Assembly: GCA_012026655.1 (NCBI GenBank)
Contig: JAAILG010000005.1
Location: forward strand, 62,001 to 126,000
Source: Hydrolagus affinis
Taxonomy: Eukaryota
DNA length: 64,000 bases
Direction of reading: 5' to 3'
The stretch's first letter is position 1, and each line of letters begins with the position of its first letter. Shown piece after piece: positions 47,320 to 59,421 of this stretch. The notes under the pieces were generated by a model that was not told where the DNA came from, ran no database searches, and was given only the letters and a program-made list of their open reading frames with translations. The position numbers were made by a program, and so were the translations under genes.

Positions 47320-47985
47320 GTCCAGCCAGTTCATCCAAAGTGTGCCTGGAGGATCATAAACTCTGTAAAGGAGGCCTTTTGGCATTCCCGAAATCAGATG
47401 TTCTTCTGGCAGACCAGACAAGGGAACAGCGAGGGTCTGTCTTAGGCCTGCGCACACTGGGATCAGGGACTATGTACTGATGGACAAGCCGAAATTCGGC
47501 TCAACCATGTCAAAGGCCTAATGGGGCCTGACTCTGGCAAGAGATGCTCCTATACAAACTGCTCAGGGCGCTCACCCACTGGCTAGCAAACGAGCACCCA
47601 AAACAGCCTGAAATAAACATAAGGATACAGAAGGATGCTCAACATGAAACCAATGAGTGTCCCAAAAATGTATGTACAGTAAACATGTGTGCGGACAGGG
47701 CACATCGGGGCATCTTTCGAAAGCGGCAAGTGCACCTTATCAGGGCGTGTGCAGGCGCGCACATGGATGCGGTACACATAGGGGCGACTCCTCACTGTTT
47801 TAAAGGGAGCATCCCAAACAAATATGTGTGCACAACCTGTGTTTGGTGAAGAAATGTACCATAAATAACAGAATTTTTTTTGTATTGGGAGAAAGTAAAA
47901 TGGAGAAGATATTGTCCTTTGTATTTATCTTGGATTTTTGTTGTACCAAATATATATTTAAATAAGCATATTTTCAAAACAAAGT
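47320..47985 (+). mobile_element. Tx1 (L1-Tx1) non-LTR retrotransposon 3' end: ORF2 C-terminus plus 3'UTR
   Basis: KCAWRIINSVKEAFWHSRNQMF (W at 47347), then after frameshift CLRPAHTGIRDYVLMDKPKFG...KA*WG; resembles fish Tx1 ORF2 end WRIINSVKDALW.ARN...AH...QDYVL.D..K.G...KA.WG; ends aaataagcatattttcaaaacaaa. Confidence 0.8.
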
Positions 47986-48100
47986 TCAGTTTACAGAAAC
48001 AGTTGCATTAACCAAAATATCATCTTAATGCTTGTTTGTAGACTTTTGTGCATAATTTAGATTCATATTTGAAACTAGATTTACATTTGCTTAATATGCC

Positions 48101-48272
48101 AATAATAATAATCCTTGCATTTGATATAGCGCTTTTCATATCTTCTAGACGTCTCAAAGTGCTTCACAGGATATACTGTAAAGTGAATTGACTGTGTATT
48201 TGTGGGCGAAATGCGACAGCCAATTGCGCACAGCAATGTCCCACAAACAGTCGTGGATTGAAATGACCAATA
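48101..48272 (-). mobile_element. SINE family A 3' half
   Basis: aataataataatccttgcatttgatatagcgc...cccacaaacagtcgtggattgaaatgaccaat. Confidence 0.92.
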
Positions 48273-48789
48273 AGATATTGAGAGCTGCATGCCTGAAAGA
48301 CTCTTGTTCCTATTGCTGCAGATATGCACATACAGTACAAGGCGTAGGAAGGCAAGGCAGAGTTACTCACTCATGAGAAGCAAGACACTGTGCTTGCATG
48401 AGGATGAGTCTGGCAGGGGTTTCTAGTGGTAAACTAGCAACGAGGAATGGAAGTAAGAAGTGGCCAACAAAAGAGAGTAGTGCAGGAATGTTATAATTGC
48501 TGATCAAATTCTCAGAGTTGTTCCATCAGCCCCATTAGTGGGTAAGATTCTAAATTTCATAAAATTGCTATTCACATGATGGTCAGGCTCCCAGCCACAT
48601 AAAACAGTAGAAATATAATCTCTACACTCTATGCAAGAACGCCGACATGTTCTCAGTTCAACTGCTAGTGGCTTAACTTAACTGTACTGGACCTACCCTA
48701 TTATGATAATATTGTGTTTGCCAAGTTAACCATACGAGCGTAGGTCCACATCTGGATAATATCAGATGACTTGCTTTTCCAGATGAATA

Positions 48790-49232
48790 CTCCCCCTCAC
48801 CCTCACTTGAAGGCATGAACTCTTCCTGGGATATGGATCCAGTGAGACAGTGCTAAAAGCCACTCTGAAGTACCCTACTATCGTGCCTGAATCACCAATC
48901 TTCATGAATGATCTTAGATGGTGAGTGTCAGTAGGTCATTTGACTGGGGATAAGTATCACTGCAAAGGCAATTCTCACCTTACCCAACATGTTTGCGCGC
49001 GATGCACATGCACGCACACTCACACTTTCCAGCAGGGTCACTGGTTAGCAATCAAAAGCATGACCCTTGGCTGTGTTTCCCTTCATTAGACTGGGGGCAA
49101 TGTTATATTGCCCCCATCTGCTTTTTCAGCTGTGATCAGCTACCTCAGCACAAACAAAACTAGAACAACATGTCACCCTCTGGTCTATGGCCGTGTACAT
49201 CAAGCAGTGTCTTAAATGACTAGGCAATTGGG
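48790..49232 (-). mobile_element. LFSINE_Vert-like, near full length
   Basis: gtgagtgtcagtagg...cacactttccagcagggtcactgg...gctgtgatcagctacctcagcaca...ctggtctatggc. Confidence 0.8.
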
Positions 49233-50319
49233 AGAGTTCATCTGGTCCTTTAAAGGAATAAACACAAATGACTTATTTATTTATGTTATTATTAGTGGAA
49301 TACATAGTTTGCACAACAGAATACAACAAATACCTAATTTCTGAGAAACCACTGAATATTTTAAAATCACTTGACAAATGACAACATTTGGCAAGAATCT
49401 GGCATCTATATTTCTCCAGTTCTTCCATTTGTATCCCATATGGTACCCAGTGTTGACAAGAGAGGACAAAATGATGGAAACTGTGAGCTTCTCTGTGGCC
49501 ACCATCAATGTCGCTCCACAAGCATCCAATCAGGGCTGTTTTGTGCTTCACAACCCAAAGACTGGACACAATTATAATCTGACCCGTGAGAACCTGTAAC
49601 TTTTGCCTCACGATGGCAGACAGGCATGGATTCCGGTCAAACTGTTGCTACAACTAGCACAATGCAACCTATGTGTAATGCCTTTTATTGCATGAACTTT
49701 CTGTTAAATTTTGGATGCATAAAAAGTTATCTGTCAGAACATCTTATTTTCAATTATGCAGCCATTTCTATGTATCCCTAGTTTGCAAATAAAGATCTAA
49801 ACCTTCCAAGATGTGTTGGCTGGCCACTGATCAAGTACAAGGACTGGTTCTAATTGTGTTAAAGTACTTCGAACCAAGTCTGTCACATTGATGTATGAAC
49901 AATATCACTTTTGTACACATTATGATACTTATACATATGTACACTTCAAAATTAATGGCTTGGAGAAACATTCAAGTAAATCACTTTAGTTAATGCTCAG
50001 CAATTACATAGACCTTTAGATTTGGCAGTTCTTAGACACTGCAAACTAGGCTATTCAGTTCATTCTTCCAAAAGACTGAACAAAAGACAGAACTGTACTT
50101 TCAATTTGCTTTCACTTGCCTCAGTTTCCACATGGTCCTCACATCATTCCCATTGAACTATGCTCGTTAAAGAGTATCAAATAGATTTCCTAAACAAATC
50201 TGATTTTCTTAATGCCACGGACAGAATAATGCCCATCTCTACTTGTGGTAGAAATGCAGAAACATTAATTTCATTGTCTGGAAACTTGCAAGACATTTAG
50301 CCCGTTCCCTTTTCCTGCC

Positions 50320-50900
50320 TGGCTCATTGAGTCAGCACTGGGTCAGAACATTGTGGTTAGAGTTTCATAATCTTGGCTGACATTCCAGTGTAGTACTTGG
50401 GGATGCTGCTTTCATGGTCAGAAGTGCCGTGTTTCTCATGAGATATTATGGATTGTGGAATTCCCTTCCTCAAAGATTGTTGATGCATTGTGGGGAGTGT
50501 TTAAGAAGTAGATAAACACTTGGTAAAAAGGGTATGGGGGAGTTGGGGGGGAAGAGAAAAGGCAGACAAATGGTATTAAGTTATAAAAGAGCCATGAATG
50601 ATCTAAGAAAATGGCAGAACAGGCTGGATGGACTTTTCAGCTGACTCTCTATAGTCTTATATCAAACCAATTCTGGTGAAAGTTCAAAATTTTGTTACAT
50701 TGATGGCAAGAGAAAGGAAATTTTCCTAATTTTCACCAAGAGAATATCAATGGTTCTCTAGATTACTTAACTATTAACCTCATGGCTGTTTGTGGAACCT
50801 TGCTATTGCAAACAACTGCTGTGTTTACCTTCCAAACACAGTCACCATACGTGATAGTAATTAGCTATGAAGCGCTCAGAGATGTTTCCGTGTGATCACA
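50320..50900 (+). mobile_element. DeuSINE split by a CR1 insertion (pieces ~50320-50445 and ~50661-50900)
   Basis: Left piece ends ...gtgccgtgtttctcatgagatatta; right piece resumes tcaaacc...ggctgtttgtggaaccttgct...tatgaagcgctcagagatg. Confidence 0.7.
50446..50660 (+). mobile_element. CR1 LINE 3' end
   Basis: ttgtggaattcccttcctcaa (LWNSLPQ)...gccatgaatgatct...aatggcagaacaggct. Confidence 0.75.
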
Positions 50901-51627
50901 CACATCCGTGCTTCCCTTCAAATTCTTACTTTCTTAATAGTTGGAGAATGTGCAGGAAAGTGTGTGCAGAATGGGAGAGACAAATGCAAAAGGGGAGAGG
51001 AGGGAAGGAAGAGAGGTACAAAGGATTTGGAGCAGGATATAAATAAATAACTTTAGTATGTAAATTGAATGTAAAAAATTAGAAAGTGCCACTCCAAAAG
51101 AAAATCATGTTTAATATTCACACAAGTTAAACAAAGGTTAACCAAACCATTTGGCAGCAAGATCATAGAATTTTAGATGCCTTGTTCTGTGGCTTGTTAG
51201 GAACTGGAATTCTTCACAAATCAGAACTAAATAATCCATTGAGATGTTCCAAATGTGTTTACCTACAACTCTAGTCAATGAACTCTGCTCACATTCAGAA
51301 ATGTCATTTAGAAGAGATGATAAAACACAAATGTTTACACAACACGCTGACTGGTAACATCTGCCCATTCTTGACATAATTCCAGTTTTATGGGACGGTG
51401 ACAATTCACAAATTGACAGAACTATGCCTTATATTTTTTCTTTGCATTCAATACAGTAGTAAAATTATTTGGCGTTATTGATTCTGGAAAAAAGGGAAAA
51501 AAAAATTGATTTCCTAGTCTTTGTGAAACAAGATTTTTTTTTACAAAAAAAGCTCCAGTTATTGCTTTGTTTTCCCAGGCGGGATGCTGAAGGTCAAAGA
51601 ATCATACAAATTTCAGCACAAAAAGAG

Positions 51628-52040
51628 CCAGTATCCCAGTTGGTGAAGACATTGTGTAATGTAGAACCTAGCCATAACTGCTCAGAAGGATGCAAGGTTT
51701 AAGTCACATACTATGCTGGATTAGTTGTTCTCAGTCAGGGGACCATTTCAACATCCATGAACTAGGTAGGAGAGGAGTTAGAGCAGTAAGAGTTCCCACT
51801 CCTGGTGCTTATCTGGTTGAAACATAGGTGCGTGTGGACATGGGATGAATAAAGGATTAGGCTCAGCTGTCAAATTACATTGCACCTTTTACATAGGATC
51901 ATCCATGTCTCAATGGGCTTCACAGAGATGGAGTGGAAACACTGCCTATCCAGGCTAAACAACAGCCACTTCAGTAAGATACCAGAACCTGTGAAGCCAT
52001 ACCCCAGCCACATGCTGGCATTTATAGGAAGGAACTGGAG
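51628..52040 (+). mobile_element. LFSINE_Vert-like, near full length
   Basis: cagttggtgaag head...gttcccactcctg...gcgtgtggacat...ggctcagctgt...cataccccagc. Confidence 0.7.
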
Positions 52041-52094
52041 GAATAAAAGGTGTATGAGGAGGTAACAACCTGCTACTTTGGGATTTTTCACTCT

Positions 52095-52565
52095 ACAACC
52101 ACAACAACTGGCAGATATATAGCACCCTTCATACAGAATAACATCTTGGAGCACTTTACAGTGGATGGGGATGGACATCGAGTAGAAGGGGGTGGTGACC
52201 ACATAAGTGCAGTCGAAGAGGTAGATTTGAAGGCAGGACTGGAAGACAGAGAGGGATCAAAATTCTGGGGTTCAGAAGGGTTTCCAGCGGTTAGAAATAT
52301 AGTATCAGAAAGCTCAGCCAACAATTATGTCGCATGTGGGGGGGTGGATCAAACCTGGAGATAGCTCAGTGTGTGTGTGTGGGGCGGGGGGGTGGGGGGG
52401 GTGGAAGAGGAGTGGGGTGCAGAGGAGTGTGGCGGCAGGAGATCAGGGAGATGGGTAGGTGAAAGAATACAAAGGGATTTTTAAATGAGGGTGAGGACAT
52501 TGAATTCAATCAGCTGAGAGACAGAGAGCCACTGAGGCCTGCTGAGGACAGAGGTGATAGACATG
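52095..52565 (-). mobile_element. L2 LINE 3' fragment
   Basis: acaacaact...tatatagcacccttcat tail; purine-rich body; agggatttttaaatgagggtgaggacattgaatt is typical L2 ORF2 antisense. Confidence 0.65.
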
Positions 52566-54074
52566 ACAGCATGAAAGAAAACAAATAAATTTGATAGAAG
52601 GACAAGGAGTGATGACCTGTTGCACTTCTCCCCTGAGCTTTGGTAATAGCATCTGTCATTGAGTGTGAACGAAGATAGTCCATCAAGGATATACTGTAGC
52701 AGACTTTGTTCAAAGCAAAAAGCAGTGGATTAACTGTTTTTACTAGGTGGAAAATCAGAGCAATTTTCTATACATTTCCCAGCTTCTCATAATGCTGTGT
52801 CTTTTTCAAGTAAATTCCATGAAAGTAAACAACTGCAGTGGGAACCAGTTTTATTTGAAAGTCCATAAAGATTACACTGTAGAATTTGCACAGAAAACAC
52901 ACAAAGCTCTCTCTGCAGTTGTCTCTGGTGGATTTAGTCTTTATTTGTTTTGAATCTCAGCCTACAGCTGTGAATGAAAGGACATAGTCTCCGTTAAGAT
53001 AATTTCCATCACCATCAGCCAGGGTACAAAATTATTGTGATAAACAGATACAAACAACTGCAATTGGAATAAAGTTAAGAATCGTGGTCAGTAATTTCTA
53101 TTAAAATATTCACATGCAGCCTACTGGGTCTAATGTTAAAATGCACTTCCATTTTGGGAGGGCTTAGTTTAAAACCAAGCCAGACAGATGGGATAAAAGG
53201 CTTCTCCCCTCCCAAGCAGATAAAGGTCAAAAGTGAAATGCATTTGAACAATGTTATTCCCAGTGGATGGGAGTCCACAGTACAAACTTCCTTTCAATTC
53301 TAGTCCTAATCGACACCAATTAATGCAGCAACCTCACCCAGGAGACATCATGTGGATAAACATACATGCAGTAGGGATTCTCTTCTGAGCTAATGTTTTA
53401 GGCACCTCAGTGACCAACACAAGCTGACCACTAAAAATAGCAATCTTTGCCGTCTAGATTTTGTATAGTGGGAAACCTTATTCTAACGACTTAGCAAAAA
53501 AGTCTATGTTAGACTATATTGTCTGTATAGTGTTGGGGAGATACATATTTCATTCTCCAACATGGTCCTTCATCTCCCAAGTCTTCCTGTTCCCCTTCCC
53601 TCCCCAGAAAAGTGGAGCAAATCTCAGCTGTTTGTAATGTAACATCCAAACACTTTAATTACTGAAGTGAAGGAATCAATTGAAGGTTCCAGGCACAGAC
53701 TATGTGGTCGTTGCACAACTTTCTACTATTTCCTGTGTGAAAAACAGCTGTATTTCTTTGTTCAACATCTGTCACATACCAACTGTGGACTGAAATTATA
53801 ACTGTTTAAGAAAGAACAGCAGTTTAGTTTATACAAGTTATTTGGAAGCAAAAGCTGCCAAACGAGTGATAAAACAAGCATTCAAACAACAACACGTAAA
53901 CCAAAAGGAAAAAAAAATGAAGTGTGACTACCCATAACAATCACCATACTCAGCACCGCGATCTGTAGTGATGTTCTACAAAAAATGGGAAAATCTCAAG
54001 ATTGTTCCAATAGAGCCTTTAAAAAAAATTATGTTTTGTAGCATCATATACAGTAACAATACCAATCATCATCT

Positions 54075-54300
54075 GCATTCTTGCAAATCAAATGCAAGAA
54101 TTATTATTGTTCAGCATATCTCAATGCACTTCACAAGATTTATTCTATAGTGTAGTTACTGTATTTTGTAGACAAAAGACAAACGTGGCAGCCTATTTGG
54201 GCACAACAATGACTCACAAACAGCCTTCAAGTGAATCCTTAAAGTTCAACTGAAAAGGCAGGCAGAACCTTAGTTTAACACTCTCATTCAAAGGATTGAG
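54075..54300 (-). mobile_element. DeuSINE, decayed
   Basis: gtggcagcctatttgggcacaac...cacaaacagc...ccttagtttaacactctcattcaaagga. Confidence 0.65.
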
Positions 54301-55255
54301 TTGGGCGAGCGCAATTTTGGAAGATTCATCCAAGCACAGGCAAAATAAGAAAGAACTTGATATAGATCTGGATATTAATGGTGAAGAAGACACGTGAAGC
54401 TCAGCCATGTTGACTTCCTCAATGAGGTGGCGGAGTAAATAATAATCATGGATTCTCAAGGTTGACGCAGATTCAGTGCGATACTATTTGCTCCTGGCAA
54501 ATGCTTTATACGATTAAATCAATTTATTAATCTAGTTCTATATGTGCCTTTCCTCTGCATGACCTTAACTACTTAAAAGTAATGTTGTAAATCTCATGTT
54601 TCATCATTCTGCTCAGAATCAGCAACAAGGAATTCAAAAGAACATTTCTACCCAAGTGTCACTTCCTCTCATTAAACATTGGAATTCTTTCATGTTTAAG
54701 AGGTTTTATGACCATGTAGTTGTTTATGAGTTCTGTTCCCTTGTTAGTTCAATAAACTGCTATAGGATTCTGGAACAAATTCAGCCATGTTAATCTCAAT
54801 CAACATTAAAATTCCTCAAATAAGTAACTTTCTAAATATATCGACAAATTATCTTGATGTGACCCGACTCGCAAGGGTACTCAGTATTGAATCTTTCATA
54901 CTCAGAAGATGACTTATTACTGAAGGATTTTGCTTCCCTTATTTCAACCGCAACACTGTTAATCAAATAACAATTACTTATAATTTTGGCAGCTGAATTA
55001 TCGTCACATGTACCGCAAAGTCCCAAAGTTATTTCAACCAGACAAAAAAAATCAAAAGAAGCAAAAGCTGACTAAAAGAAATAATTATTTTATCTTCCTG
55101 ACATTTAGATAATAATTAATTATTCACCCCTTATTCACCTCTCTCAGCGATTTGTGACAACTTTTAATAATTAGCACCAGGCCTATGAAGAAACAGTATT
55201 TTCTGATCTGAAATGATTAATTTCATTATGTTCAATGCAACTTATTGCTTTCATG

Positions 55256-55705
55256 TTACATAGAATTACATAGAACATAAAGCACAGAAACAGGCCATTC
55301 GGCCCAACTGGTTTATGTTGGCGTTTATGCTCCACATGAACCTCCTCCTGCCCTTCCTCAACTAAGCCTATCATAATAATCTTTATTCTTTTCTCCCTCA
55401 TGTACTTATGTACCTTCGATTTAAAATGACCCATGCTATTCGCCTCAACTAGGAAGTTGTGCTAGGAAGTTCCACATTCCCACCACTCTCTGGGTAAAGA
55501 AGTTTCTTCTGACTTCCCTATTCTATTTATTGGTGACTTTTATATTTATGGCATCCTGGTTTTGGTCTCCCTTCCCACAAGGAGAAACATCTTCTCTATA
55601 TCTACCCTATGGAAACATTTTGTAATTTTAAAGACCTCTATGAGGTCACCCCTCATCATTCTTTTTTCAAGAGATAAAGAGTCTAAGCTTGTTCCGCCTT
55701 CCTGG
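55256..55705 (-). mobile_element. CR1 LINE 3' end (ORF2 C-terminus plus 3'UTR)
   Basis: Minus strand SLEKRMMRGDLIEVFKI...RVDIEKMF and RNFFTQRVVGMWN; tail ttgggccgaatggcctgtttctgtgct...ttctatgtaattctatgtaa. Confidence 0.95.
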
Positions 55706-57159
55706 AATTATAATTCATGCATCCTTTGACCATGTGGTCCAATATACTGTAGATGTTTGGCAAACTAACGGGAGCTAACTATACTTTCACTGATGTTATA
55801 TTGTAGGTTACATAGCCTTATGCAGAAATGCAACTGCCTTAACATCAGTAAAGATCTGATCTGGGTAATTACAATCTAATAATTAAGAGGAAGGAGCACC
55901 TCCTTTATGATCGATGGTTTAGTATTCATCAGAGAGCTTTGTGGCAAAAACCAATCAGTATCACTTCAGCGGACAGAACCTTAATTGCCGATGACTTTGT
56001 TTGACCATATTTGCTATTATATTCAGCACTCGCAATCTCACATCACTGCGTCACTATCTCGCAATCTCACGTCATTATCATTGCGCCAAATTTAAATATT
56101 AATTATGAATAGTTAATACCACCATACAGGACAGTTTGAAACACTGTGCTCTCTTACCTAATCTGGATGTCAATAAGGATACTATTAAGATTGCTAGGCC
56201 AGTGGTTGCTATGCAATGCAGCCAAACTGTAGTTCATTGCCGGATGAATCTAAGATATGGAGTCGTCTCCACTGTCCGATTTTCAAGAATGATTAAACCA
56301 AAAGAGAAGCATGGTATTTGTTTTCCTCTAGAATTCCTACCTTGAAGGATGAGTTCTCTGATTCCCTATCCATCTCGTCCTCAACCTTGTGTGTCTCAGT
56401 CTATGTCACTCCCAACCTGAACTGTAGATCTCCAATTCACCTTCCTTTGCGATGTTCGCTGCTTCTTTTGTGCCAGGTGAGTACTCCTGTGGTTATCACA
56501 GAATGGAATGCATGAGGGAAGATACAACAACCTCTAAACTGCTGTTTACAATAGAAATGCTTTGTGCTGCATGACACGATAAATTGTGAGGATTGTGTTT
56601 GAACTCAAGATGGACCAGGCTTGTCTGTGCAGGGAAATGTGTTAAATTAGGAGTGTATCAGACTACCATCGTAACCGCATCAGTAACAAAGACAATTTAT
56701 GGTTTATTGACGGGAAGTTAGTGCGGCAAATAATGAATGATATGCCAGTTCTATGCTGTTTTAATTATACGTTAACAGTTCATAACAGTCACATTTTGAT
56801 ATGTGTTTTACAGTTATCAGATACTCCTGACAAATCTCCACCCACTCCAAGCTCAGCGCTGAAGTAGAAGTCGTGCTTCACCCACTGTCAGAAACCTCTG
56901 TCTTCCTTGGTCCTCCTCCAGTTCCTCTGAATTCAATTGCCAAAAAAACAATCTTTTTATTGAAAGTATTTGTTCGCATTCTTGAACATTTTTGCATACC
57001 TTATACAATTTATTTTGGCCCTATTTCCTGCTGAATAATTTCCTCCCACCCTCCTTAGTCAAGGATCTGTTGGATTTATTTGGTTGAAACCCAAGTGACC
57101 TACCTGGAGTGGGGGAAGGGAATGAATGGTCTACCAACCTCCTCTAACATTGGGTGTAG

Positions 57160-57312
57160 GTGTCCTATAGTTCAGTAGTTAGAGCATTTACCTCGCAAGC
57201 AAGAGGACCTGGGTTCAATTCCCGGAAGAGCAAACCATTGTGCAAGTTTCCTTACTGCACAAGTCTCTGTTTAACTAGCAGCAGGCAGGTTGTTGTCGAT
57301 TGGGTGGATGGT
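57160..57312 (+). mobile_element. SINE family A 5' half: tRNA-derived head plus long body
   Basis: A box tagttcagtagtt, B box ggttcaattccc, then gcaagtttccttactgcac...ctgtttaactagcag. Confidence 0.8.
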
Positions 57313-57759
57313 TACTTTTAGACTCTTTTCAAAGTCACTTAATTGGAATTATAAGAAACAAATAATTGCTTGCTTAATTTACTGATGTAATGGCAGACTC
57401 CATTTGGAATTTTGCACATTATGCCATAAATCTCTAGAAACTAAACACTCAAGTTATTTCCTCTATCTCACAATGCCTGCAAAAATCCCAATTGTAGGTT
57501 TCATTCTTAAAAATAACATTGCAATTGAATTACATAAACATTGTAATGCGCATTGTTGCACAAAACTGTAATTTTTTTCTTCTTTGTCAATACTATTGCA
57601 CCTTTGTACATTCAATTTAATGCCATAGTTTGGGATTTTCTCCACCCACCTTTGATTAGTTTTCTTTATTTAGGGATGAGACAGTGGAGGTCACTTCTCA
57701 CCCACCAAGTCATGCAACTCAACAAAAAACAGATGATTCCATCACTTTGGGTTTTGTAT

Positions 57760-58022
57760 GGAGTCAGTGGTTGGGGCACTCACGTTTTGAGCGAGAAACC
57801 TGGGTTTGATTCCCGGCAGGGCGAAACCTTGGGGAAGTTTCCTCACTCCACAAGCCTGATAATGATCCCTAAAAAAAACAATAATAGAATTGGTCATTTC
57901 AATCCATGACTGTTTGTAGGACACTACTATGCACAATTGGCTGCCGATTTTCGCCCACATGCATACAATCATATGTATCTAGCACGATATCAAACGCAAG
58001 AATTGCCATTAGTATTATTATT
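57760..58022 (+). mobile_element. SINE family A, short subfamily, near full length
   Basis: gggtttgattcccggcagggcgaaaccttggggaagtttcctcactccacaagcctgataatgatcc...tail. Confidence 0.88.
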
Positions 58023-58537
58023 AGATTTTCTCAGCTGGACGGTCAAATCTGTTTTTAGATAGAACAGCATTTTAATTGATTTTTCAAGAAATATTTAAAA
58101 TGTTCAGTTGTTAATTCCACTTGCTGGGTGTGGGGCTGTGGAGAATGTTCATCCTTCCTTTGGGGCAGGAATGTATTTACTGGTTAAATGTGCTTGTTTA
58201 TTCAAAAGTATCCTGTTATTACTATTCGTCTGCATGGATGATTTCTTAAAGAAAGCTGGGTTGATGAGATAGACCCCACAAAAGACACTGAAGTTGTGAA
58301 TGTCTGGTCTACTATCAGTTTGATCAAACCACTCAACTATGTCTGAACTGGTGAACTCCTGTACGATAGTCAGCAAACTCAATTTCTCACCCACCCGCCC
58401 GTTTCTTGCTTTCCCTTAGGTAGAAACCATCCGCCTGAAGATTTGATACTAATGGGTACTGCCCATGGAATAGGCAGTACTGCCCATGGAATAGCTGGCT
58501 ACCATTTGTTCAAAGTGCATCTCCTGAAATAATAGGT

Positions 58538-58620
58538 TACAACAACAACACATTACACTTAAATAGCAAGTTTCACGTCGGGAAAATGCTGGACAAGCAA
58601 GGATTTGGAAGATTTCAGCT
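58538..58620 (-). mobile_element. L2-type 3' tail
   Basis: acaacaacaacacattacac...tttcacgtcggga. Confidence 0.6.
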
Positions 58621-59411
58621 GGACACTGACAACCAAATCAGTGTAGCCTTGCTCCACTGTTTTACTGCGTCCCATTCTATAACTATTGCACCAGTTAGGC
58701 TCAGCAAGTAGCTTGCACGATATTAAAAGCTGAATGTTGCTGAGATTACCGTTCCATAGAGACTTTGACATTTTCTGTTCCGTTCCGATGTCATATTTCT
58801 CCAGTTGGGGCAGCACAAAGTAACGTAATGAAGCATATAATCAAGAGCGCTGGACCTGAAGGATGATCCTAAACACGTGACCAGTGCTTATCACAAAAAC
58901 AACATCATTTTGTCAGGAGTTTACTGATTTAGATTTGTAAATAAAGCACTTGCTTAAAACGAACATGGTATCAGTTTGCACCGTGCTCTTGTTATTGCTT
59001 TCAGACTTTAAATAAATTGGACAACTTTTTTCGGCACGGATGGAAGCCGGTGGCATGGGAAGTGTACAATTCAACAAATTGGCCAGAATTGAAGTTGCAC
59101 AAGCCCAAGAACTTGGGCAAGGGCTTAGCTACTGTGGAATGTGCAAGTGTAATCCATTTGAATCAGGTACAGGAATTGTGATTGGATTGCTAAATATGAA
59201 CTTAATATAGAAAGTAAACTGCCGAGAAATGCCTGGCCAGTCTGAATGAGTAGATTGCATTTCACTGGTTAAATGTTGCCAAAAAATAAAATAAAAAAAT
59301 CCTATGAGACTTACAACAGCGTTTGCACATGGATATTAAGAGAAAGAAAGAGAAATTGATTTAATCACTACGTAACATCCAAAATCATCTGCAATTTGAA
59401 GCCTGATTATT

Positions 59412-59421
59412 TGATTTATGG
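59412..59421 (+). promoter_or_regulatory. PBX-HOX composite motif
   Basis: Exact TGATTTATGG in unique sequence; second exact copy at 17393-17402. Confidence 0.3.

Noticed and set aside
47650-47800. CpG-island promoter
   Set aside because: Too short and lies within the Tx1 3'UTR
53950-53966. REST/RE1 site (also half sites near 50215 and 55964)
   Set aside because: Only half sites, without correct spacing
57160-57231. tRNA gene
   Set aside because: Has A/B boxes but poor acceptor-stem pairing and continues directly into the SINE family A body; it is a SINE head
58456-58494. Short direct duplications (also 37719-37757, 56029-56072)
   Set aside because: Two-copy slippage duplications, common and without further structure
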